Assembly: GCF_030542965.1 (NCBI RefSeq)
Contig: NZ_JAUAOA010000002.1
Coordinates: 349,744-381,743, forward strand
Direction of reading: 5' to 3'
From: Azotosporobacter soli
Lineage (GTDB): Bacteria; Bacillota; Negativicutes; SG130
DNA: 32,000 nucleotides
In this document: positions 17,200 through 23,191 of the stretch, in pieces
How positions within the stretch are numbered: the first letter of the stretch is position 1
Layout of the letters: each line of letters begins with the position of its first letter
The notes under the pieces: generated by a model
Databases searched by the model: none
What the model saw: the letters and a program-made list of their open reading frames with translations, nothing else
What the model was told of the DNA's origin: nothing
Made by a program: the position numbers and the translations under genes

Positions 17200-18069
17200 T
17201 TACTGCATTATTTCGTGCTTCCAGCGATTATGCAGCCAGAACCAGTCCTGCGGGTACGCTCGGATATGCGTTTCGATGATTTGCGTCAATTCTTGCGTCA
17301 CACGCTGAATGTCCGTTTCACGTTCTTCCGACCACTGCGGCATCAGCGGCGGATGAATGATGACATGATGGCATCCGTTTCCCTTGTCGACGATGAACGC
17401 CGGTACGATCGGCGTCTTTTTCATTCTTGCTAACGCGGCCGCACCGGGCGGTGCGGGTACGACGCGGCCAAAAAACGTTACAGGGTTTTCTATCCTACCG
17501 GAATCCTGATCCATCAAGAGGCCTATGATTTTGCCTTCGCCCAACAAACGGACCATGTCCCGCACGCCCGTCTTATACGTGACATGCATGCCAGCGCGCG
17601 TGCGATATTCGTTAATGAAGCGATCCATATCGCCGTTCGTTTGTTTTTGCACCACGGCCACGAGCGGAAAGCCGTGCAACGCCAGCGCCGCACCGAGCAA
17701 TTCCCAGTTACCGCTGTGCGCCGTCGCCAGCACGCAGCCTTGTCCCGCCTGCAGCGCCGCCTGCAAATGTTCTTCGCCTTCGAAGGTCAGTCGTTCATCG
17801 ACAACCTCGCGTTTCAAACCCGGCAATTCGAGCATTTCTAAAAACATCGGGCCGAAACGAATCGTACTTTCTTCATACACCTTCTCTGCCGCCCGTTCAT
17901 CCAGATTTAGGCTCCGTCCAATGTTTTCCAGCGCCATTCGTTTTCGCCAACCAGGTATCAGGCGCAGGCAAAGGCGGCCGATCAGCCGTCCCATTCCCAT
18001 TCGTATTCCAAGCGGCCATGCATTCGTAAACGCACTGATTCCTTTCACAAGCCAATATAACACAGCCAT
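17200..18069 (-). CDS. Second lipid A late acyltransferase, LpxL/LpxM/HtrB family
   Basis: HX4E motif in ATAHSGNWELLG. At 289 aa it has the same architecture as the 4179-5081 paralog, but the sequence is clearly divergent. Confidence 0.8.
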   Translation of the reverse strand: MAVLYWLVKGISAFTNAWPLGIRMGMGRLIGRLCLRLIPGWRKRMALENIGRSLNLDERAAEKVYEESTIRFGPMFLEMLELPGLKREVVDERLTFEGEEHLQAALQAGQGCVLATAHSGNWELLGAALALHGFPLVAVVQKQTNGDMDRFINEYRTRAGMHVTYKTGVRDMVRLLGEGKIIGLLMDQDSGRIENPVTFFGRVVPAPPGAAALARMKKTPIVPAFIVDKGNGCHHVIIHPPLMPQWSEERETDIQRVTQELTQIIETHIRAYPQDWFWLHNRWKHEIMQ

Positions 18070-18078
18070 CCCCCCATC

Positions 18079-18702
18079 CTACCAATTCAAAGTAACGCCG
18101 CCGTACCAGCGGTCATGCCCATAAGCAATTTGACTTTGCCAGCCATTTTGCCAGGCGGCTCGCAGACCGTACTGAAGGCCATGACCGTCAAAATCCGCAA
18201 CCGCGCGGAGCGTCGGCTGAGAGTTTGACGTCTTGCCTTTACTAAAGTGCGGCGGGTTAAGCACTTTTTCGATGCCGCCAAAGACGCCGTCAAAACGGCC
18301 GCTGCCCACGCCAAGGTGCAGGCGATAACCGCCTGGGAGAAATTTGCTGGCAACGCCATAGAGCGATCCGCCGCTTTCGGCGCCGATCGCCAGCCCCGGC
18401 GTCAAGACGGTTTCCGGCTGCAACGATAATTTCACACTGCTTTCTTCCTGCGTTGCCTGTCCCTGCGCAAAACGCCAGCCATGCGCCATTTCCCAGCCGC
18501 CGGGCAAGCCGACTGCCACGCTCTGTCTGCGCCAGCCATCACCCTGCCAAATGCCCAGATCGCCTTTCCCACTTGCCAGGACATCGGCCGAAGGCGATTC
18601 CAAGAGGCCGGTATCACCGTGCAGCGTCGGAGCGGTTTCGCCGCTCGCCGACCAAAAGCAGCAAGCGATCATTGCGCCGCATAGAATTGCTTTATACTTC
18701 AT
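18079..18702 (-). CDS. Small secreted beta-rich outer-membrane-type protein with YjbH-like motifs (function unknown)
   Basis: ATG at 18702 has AGGAG 5 nt upstream (the ORF track begins at 18723). Signal peptide is MKYKAILCGAMIACCFWSASG. GDTGLLESPSADVL and PGLAIGAESGGSLYGVASKF resemble the GGVGLLQTPTA and PQVAVGARDIGG...LVASK segments I recall from E. coli YjbH. The C-terminus ...WYGGVTLNW ends in an aromatic residue, as in OMP beta-signals. Confidence 0.5.
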   Translation of the reverse strand: MKYKAILCGAMIACCFWSASGETAPTLHGDTGLLESPSADVLASGKGDLGIWQGDGWRRQSVAVGLPGGWEMAHGWRFAQGQATQEESSVKLSLQPETVLTPGLAIGAESGGSLYGVASKFLPGGYRLHLGVGSGRFDGVFGGIEKVLNPPHFSKGKTSNSQPTLRAVADFDGHGLQYGLRAAWQNGWQSQIAYGHDRWYGGVTLNW

Positions 18703-18837
18703 CGTTGCTCCTTTATAAAACACTATTTTCGTTGGTCTTGCTAAAATTTAAGCGGAGTTCGTTAAAAAAATTTCAGCTGTCAAACCAAGCCTCTTCTCCC
18801 GCGCAGCTGACGCTTTTTTAGCAGACTCTTTTTATTA

Positions 18838-18868
18838 AAGTAAGGCCAACCGTAGGTTGGCCTTACTT
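18838..18868 (-). terminator. Strong stem-loop after lpxD (possible terminator or RNA-stabilising hairpin)
   Basis: 14-bp perfect stem AAGTAAGGCCAACC / GGTTGGCCTTACTT (18838-18851 / 18855-18868) with a 3-nt loop. The gene-strand tail is only TTTAATAAAAAG, a weak U tract. Confidence 0.4.
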
Positions 18869-18873
18869 GTTAT

Positions 18874-19899
18874 TCATTTTCTTTCTTCCAACGCCGCTAA
18901 TCTGGCTTCCAAATCTTTTAGCTTGCGCAGCGTATCCGGCAACCGCTTCACGGCCGCTTCCGAACGCAGCCATTCTTTATGGGGCCTGGCTGGAAAACCG
19001 GCACAAAACGAACCAGACGGAATATCGCTGATCGGCGCCGAACGGGCGGCAAACACGCAATTGTCTCCGATTGTCAGATGACCGGCGCTGCCCGCCTGCC
19101 CGGCAAAGGTCACATGATTGCCGATCTTAGCGCTGCCCGCGATTCCGGTCTGCGCCACAAGGAAACAATCTTCGCCAATGACTACATTGTGGGCCAAATG
19201 CACCAGGTTGTCAATCTTCGAACCGCGTCCGACGACTGTACTGCCGGTAGTGGCTCTGTCAAGCGTCGTATTCGCGCCGATTTCAACATCGTCCGCCAAA
19301 ACTACATTGCCAACCTGCGGCACTTTTTCATGCTTGCCGCCGACCGTGACAAAACCAAAGCCGTCACTGCCGATCACCGCACCGCTGTGAATCACGACCC
19401 GATCGCCAATTCGGCATTGATGGAGAACCGTCACGTTAGGATGCAAAAGGCAGTCCGTTCCGACAACCACGTCACGGCCCAGATAGCAGCCGGGATAAAT
19501 CACCGTATTGCTGCCGACGCACGCGCCGGCATCGATAACGGCATGCGCCATCACGGCGACATTTTCGCCGAGCAGAGCGGTCGGGTCAACCACGGCCGTT
19601 GCATGGATTCCTCTCTCAACTATGACTGGCGGCGTAAAAACCTTCAGCAGAGCCGTAAACGCCAGACGCGGGTTGGCGACGCGAATGGCAGGCTTGGCAA
19701 AGTCGCTGACGTCGGAGGCTACGAGCACTGCTAATGCGTCCGACTGCGCCGCCTTATCCAGATGCGGTGCAACGGCGAACGTGATGTCGCCTGCACCGGC
19801 ATCGGCAATATTCGTCGCGCCGCTTATGACAAGATCGCCGTAATCACCGAGCAGCTCGCCGTCTACCAATTGAGCGATCTCGCGTAATGTCTTTTCCAC
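18874..19899 (-). CDS. lpxD: UDP-3-O-acylglucosamine N-acyltransferase LpxD
   Basis: N-terminal uridine-binding domain (LREIAQLVDGEL...), long hexapeptide beta-helix, and C-terminal coiled helix (LRKLKDLEARLAALEE). GTG start has AGGGGGA upstream. Confidence 0.92.
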   Translation of the reverse strand: MEKTLREIAQLVDGELLGDYGDLVISGATNIADAGAGDITFAVAPHLDKAAQSDALAVLVASDVSDFAKPAIRVANPRLAFTALLKVFTPPVIVERGIHATAVVDPTALLGENVAVMAHAVIDAGACVGSNTVIYPGCYLGRDVVVGTDCLLHPNVTVLHQCRIGDRVVIHSGAVIGSDGFGFVTVGGKHEKVPQVGNVVLADDVEIGANTTLDRATTGSTVVGRGSKIDNLVHLAHNVVIGEDCFLVAQTGIAGSAKIGNHVTFAGQAGSAGHLTIGDNCVFAARSAPISDIPSGSFCAGFPARPHKEWLRSEAAVKRLPDTLRKLKDLEARLAALEERK

Positions 19900-19914
19900 C
19901 TTGGTTCCCCCTGG

Positions 19915-20322
19915 TTATTGCAGTTTTTTCAATACTTCGTCGGTTACGTCGACGCCGCCGGTAGCAACGCCGCCTTTATGCAGGATCACACCCAGTTTCT
20001 TATCTTTCGCCACTTCTTCCATCGCCTTGTTCAAGCTGGTGTCAAATTGGCCTTTTACATCCTGCTGCAGTTTGACAAATTCTCCATATGCCTGTTCCTG
20101 ACGTTTTTGAAATTCTTCCGGGCTCAAGCTGGCTTTCTCTTTATTCAACCCTTCTTCCAGCGCTGTCCCCTTCGTTTTCAATTGTTCCTGCAAATCCTTG
20201 ACCTTAGGGCTGTCCGTCATGACCTTGTTCATGTCAACGACGCCGACCGTCGCCGCGCCGCTGCAACCGCCCAATAATCCCATTACCAATACCATCAATA
20301 CTACCAAACCGATCCGTTTCAT
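19915..20322 (-). CDS. OmpH/Skp-family periplasmic chaperone, predicted lipoprotein
   Basis: Signal plus lipobox MKRIGLVVLMVLVMGLLGGC. The mature part follows the OmpH pattern (VGVVDMNKVMTDSPKVKDLQEQL ... KKLGVILHKGGV...DVTDEVLKKLQ). AAGGGAGG SD is present. Confidence 0.75.
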   Translation of the reverse strand: MKRIGLVVLMVLVMGLLGGCSGAATVGVVDMNKVMTDSPKVKDLQEQLKTKGTALEEGLNKEKASLSPEEFQKRQEQAYGEFVKLQQDVKGQFDTSLNKAMEEVAKDKKLGVILHKGGVATGGVDVTDEVLKKLQ

Positions 20323-20335
20323 TTGAATGCCTCCC

Positions 20336-21271
20336 TTATTGTTTTGCCATTTCGGCTATTATGCTGTCCGTCATATCAAGCGCGCTAACATTAACGCCAA
20401 TAAAACTCTGATTAAACACGACAGTAATGTTCTGCTTCTCTGCCGCCTTTGCCGTCGCCGTCTCAATCTCTCGCCGCATCCGGTTTTCAAGATCGCTCAG
20501 TTCTTTCTCTAGTGCGCTCAATTCTTGCAGCGCAGGGCTACTTGTTTCTTTAGAAGCGGCCTCGGGCAGCGTCTGGGGCTGGCTCGTATTCATCCTATCG
20601 TTCTGCCGGTATGATGCGTCGATTTCCTGCCTCGCCTGTCGTTCCAGCGTCGCCAATTCAGCGACCATCTTATTTTGCAGCGTCTGTTCACGTGCCTTTA
20701 ATTTAACGGCGCGCTCCTGTTTCAGCGCATTTACGGCCTGCTCATTCGCCGCCGCTTCTTCGGCGCTAAGCGCAAGCGTATTTGCCCGCAGCGTCAGATT
20801 AAAGAAACGTGCTTCCATCTCTTTATCCAGCTCCGCCTGATATGCTTTGGCTTCGCTTTCACCCTGCACGGAAAGGTGGCGTCTTCTGTCTTCGATTTTG
20901 CGCTGCCAGTCCGCTGCCAAGAGCGCTGCTTTGGCTTCGCCGCTGCCATCAGGCAAAGACGTTGCACGCGGCGGAGCCTCGGCCAGAGCAGGAGGCAGGT
21001 CGCCAAGCGCTTGCGCCATCCAGCGTCGGCCCTCCAGCACTTGTTTTTTCTTCGCATAGCTTTCATAAAGAGGATGTGCCTGCATCAACGCCGCTAAATC
21101 GGCAACCCCGATCGCAGGCGGCGATGGTTTTTCCTGCTTTCCACCACAGCCGGCCAAAAGAAGAAGCGATAGCATTAGCAATAATAAGCAATGAAAAATT
21201 CGTCTTATCGCGATGTTCCTCTCCTCCTTTAGCAACGGCAGTCTAGAAAAGAGACCGGGCTGGTCTTTCAC
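20336..21271 (-). CDS. Extended OmpH-like coiled-coil lipoprotein (start codon uncertain)
   Basis: Lipoprotein signal IAIRRIFHCLLLLMLSLLLLAGC. OmpH-like ends (IGVADLAALMQAHPLYESY ... KQNITVVFNQSFIGVNVSALDMTDSIIAEMAKQ) flank a long Ala/Glu/Gln/Arg-rich helical insert. The ORF-track start 21271 is a GTG inside a hairpin loop. A strong AAGGAGGAGAGG SD lies at 21218-21229, with only ATC (21214) at proper spacing. Confidence 0.6.
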   Translation of the reverse strand: MKDQPGLFSRLPLLKEERNIAIRRIFHCLLLLMLSLLLLAGCGGKQEKPSPPAIGVADLAALMQAHPLYESYAKKKQVLEGRRWMAQALGDLPPALAEAPPRATSLPDGSGEAKAALLAADWQRKIEDRRRHLSVQGESEAKAYQAELDKEMEARFFNLTLRANTLALSAEEAAANEQAVNALKQERAVKLKAREQTLQNKMVAELATLERQARQEIDASYRQNDRMNTSQPQTLPEAASKETSSPALQELSALEKELSDLENRMRREIETATAKAAEKQNITVVFNQSFIGVNVSALDMTDSIIAEMAKQ

Positions 21272-21281
21272 CGCCCGGCCC
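21245..21281 (-). terminator. Terminator-like hairpin between first and second OmpH genes
   Basis: The minus strand reads GGCCGGGC-(12-nt loop)-GCCCGGTC (one G.U pair) followed by TCTTTTCT. It lies 28 nt after the stop at 21309. Very little room remains for a new promoter, so it may act as an attenuator or stabiliser. Confidence 0.4.
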
Positions 21282-21308
21282 TACATCTGCTTCTTCTGTG
21301 CAGGCTTT

Positions 21309-21782
21309 TTATTTACCTGTGATCTTTTTCAGCACTTCTTCGGTGATATCTTGGCCGCCGTAAATGACATTGCTTTTATCAACAACCACAGTCAGGCCCT
21401 TCGCATCGGAAACGGCTTTGATCGCGCCATCGATCTTGTCATATACCGGCGCTACGAGTTCCTGGTGTTTTGCTTGCAACCGCTGTTGAATCTGTTGATA
21501 GTATTCTTGTTTTTCTTTGTCGTTCATCGCAGCGCTTTTTGCTTCAAAATCTTTTTTCGCTTGCTCAACTTCGGCTTTCATTGCTTCGTCTGCTTTAGCC
21601 ATATCCGGATGCTGCTGCACCAGCATTTGGTAGTTGACTACGCCAACGCTGGAATTACTACCGGCTGCTGCTGCATAACCTGTTCCGCTTTGCGAGAGGG
21701 CCAAGCCGACAATGCCTAAAACAAAAAACATCGCTACCGCTAACGACACCATTTTAACTTGCTTCTTATCAATTTTCATCAT
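21309..21782 (-). CDS. OmpH/Skp-family periplasmic chaperone
   Basis: ATG at 21782 has GAAGGAG 8 nt upstream (the ORF track extends to 21884 across the upstream stop). Signal peptide is MMKIDKKQVKMVSLAVAMFFVLGIVGLALSQSG. The rest follows the OmpH pattern (VGVVNYQMLVQQHPDMAKADEAMKAEVEQAKKDF ... KGLTVVVDKSNVIYGGQDITEEVLKKI). Confidence 0.8.
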   Translation of the reverse strand: MMKIDKKQVKMVSLAVAMFFVLGIVGLALSQSGTGYAAAAGSNSSVGVVNYQMLVQQHPDMAKADEAMKAEVEQAKKDFEAKSAAMNDKEKQEYYQQIQQRLQAKHQELVAPVYDKIDGAIKAVSDAKGLTVVVDKSNVIYGGQDITEEVLKKITGK

Positions 21783-21822
21783 GTTGAAAACTCCTTCTTT
21801 CCCTAACCAAATTTCTTTTTCC

Positions 21823-21851
21823 ATTATAGCAGGCGTGTTTTGGCAATTCAA
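21823..21851 (-). promoter_or_regulatory. Sigma-70-type promoter TTGAAT-17-TGcTATAAT upstream of the OmpH/Skp-lpxD block
   Basis: On the minus strand, TTGAAT is at 21851-21846, the 17-nt spacer follows, and TATAAT is at 21828-21823 preceded by TGc (extended -10). It starts 6 nt after the stop of the 423-aa gene and lies about 40 nt upstream of the skp ATG. Confidence 0.55.
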
Positions 21852-21856
21852 GGCTT

Positions 21857-23128
21857 TTATAAGACGCCAATCAGCCTGAGCCAATTTTCCTGCTTCGTGA
21901 ACACATATTCTACACTCAAAAATTCATGCAGCCGGTAGCGCAATCCCATTTCATAATCGCTGTTCTTAGGGTAGCGCTCTAAACGCAGTTGCCAACTATC
22001 GCTCAGATTTTGCCGCAGCCACCATTTCCCCTGCCTGTCGGAAAGCAGATATTGAAAACCAATATCCGTTTCCCGGCCAAAGTGATGGCTGACGCCGCCG
22101 CTGAATTTCCAAGTGAACGTAGTCGGATAAAAATCAACTTCGCCAAACAATTCCTCTTGTTTGTTCATCATTCGTCCGGCATGAAGACGCGCCGATGTGT
22201 TGTTCTCTTTGCGTCCCATATCGAGGTAGCCTTCAGCATTAATCTTGTAGCCGTCCGTTTTTGCCGTCAAATAAACATCGACCAGACTGCCTGGCTGAAG
22301 TTCGATCTGATACTGCAGATTATAACGCTTTGTCAGCGGCGCCTGCTCCGCTTTTTTCAACAGTCGCTGGACAAAATAATCGCGGTGCCGCGCAACCCAG
22401 CCCACCGGCAAGTTGCGCCAACTCGTAATTTCCTGCGCCAGTACCGGTTTCAAATCGAGCAGCAGCAAATTCGGCAGATTGGGCGAACGGATACTGATGC
22501 GGCTATCCTGCACCAATTGACCATTGGGAACCAACGTTATTTTGACGACGCTATGCGTTCCTGACGCAAGTTCTACTCCCAGCGTATATTCCGGCAATTG
22601 CAGCGCCGCACGATCCCTCAGCTCCGTCTTCGCAACTCCGATCGCCCAGTCTTCGCTGTCGACAGGCAGACCGACAAACAGATTACGCATGCCTTCCGTC
22701 AGTCCCGCCAAATCTTTCTCCAGCAAAGGTTGCAGTTCTTGCGGCAGGTTGCCGTAATCGAATTGCACATCAACTTGTTCGACGAGATCGCCCCACGGTG
22801 TGACCTGCATTCTGACCTGCATCTGACGTCCAGGTACAAGCTCAACCCGCTCGACTTCATAACCGAAGAGGACGCGCGTAAAGACTTCCTGCAAGACACG
22901 TTCATACTGTCCTTGCCGTTGCCTGATTTCTTCAACATTCTTGCCACTCAGCATTTGTCGCGTCACGGTAGCCAAGCTGTTTTCCAGCCGCGCTTGCAGC
23001 GCCGTCGCCAACGGATTGGCAGATGTCACCGCCACTTGAATATTCTCAACTCTCTCAATGCTTTGTCCCTGCACCGTTGGACAGCCAAACATTAGCAAGA
23101 GCAAGAGCACCATCAGCCGTTTAGTCAC
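21857..23128 (-). CDS. Uncharacterised secreted protein: three 90-residue alpha/beta repeat modules plus a beta-rich C-terminal domain
   Basis: GTG start has GGAGG 7 nt upstream. Signal sequence is MTKRLMVLLLLLMFGCPTVQG (possible lipobox FGC). The motif (V/I)EL-x-(P/S)G recurs at residues 95-100, 185-190 and 275-280. The last 130 aa or so contain alternating-pattern strands (FTWKFSGGVSHHF, DIGFQYLLS, WQLRLERY, YEMGLRYRL, LSVEYVF). Confidence 0.7.
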   Translation of the reverse strand: MTKRLMVLLLLLMFGCPTVQGQSIERVENIQVAVTSANPLATALQARLENSLATVTRQMLSGKNVEEIRQRQGQYERVLQEVFTRVLFGYEVERVELVPGRQMQVRMQVTPWGDLVEQVDVQFDYGNLPQELQPLLEKDLAGLTEGMRNLFVGLPVDSEDWAIGVAKTELRDRAALQLPEYTLGVELASGTHSVVKITLVPNGQLVQDSRISIRSPNLPNLLLLDLKPVLAQEITSWRNLPVGWVARHRDYFVQRLLKKAEQAPLTKRYNLQYQIELQPGSLVDVYLTAKTDGYKINAEGYLDMGRKENNTSARLHAGRMMNKQEELFGEVDFYPTTFTWKFSGGVSHHFGRETDIGFQYLLSDRQGKWWLRQNLSDSWQLRLERYPKNSDYEMGLRYRLHEFLSVEYVFTKQENWLRLIGVL

Positions 23129-23154
23129 GCTGCCGCCTCCATCTGCGGCCAGTC

Positions 23155-23180
23155 AAAAGCCAGGCCGTGGCCTGGCTTTT
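23155..23180 (-). terminator. Terminator-like hairpin after bamA
   Basis: The minus strand reads AAAAGCCAGGCC-ac-GGCCTGGCTTTT followed by G. It lies 12 nt after the bamA stop. The next gene's SD and GTG follow about 20 nt later. Confidence 0.5.
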
Positions 23181-23191
23181 CAACCGTTCGC

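Noticed and set aside
14940-17308. Long plus-strand ORFs such as 14940-15746 (268 aa) and 16364-17308 (314 aa); likewise 24338-25189, 7036-7653, 4374-4982, 22598-23095 and 30775-31404
   Set aside because: Each lies fully antisense to a minus-strand gene with clear family motifs (lpxA, lpxC, bamA, kdsA and others). They are Arg/His/Phe-rich with no recognisable domains or SDs, which is typical of shadow ORFs.
21857-21884. Overlap of the ORF-track skp ORF (to 21884) with the upstream 423-aa gene, and similar 5' extensions at 2727, 6704, 13910, 16326, 18723, 26329 and 31914
   Set aside because: The extended starts lack SDs or are TTG/GTG codons next to a better ATG. In each case a downstream start has a GGAGG-type SD at 5-9 nt and gives an N-terminus that matches the family.
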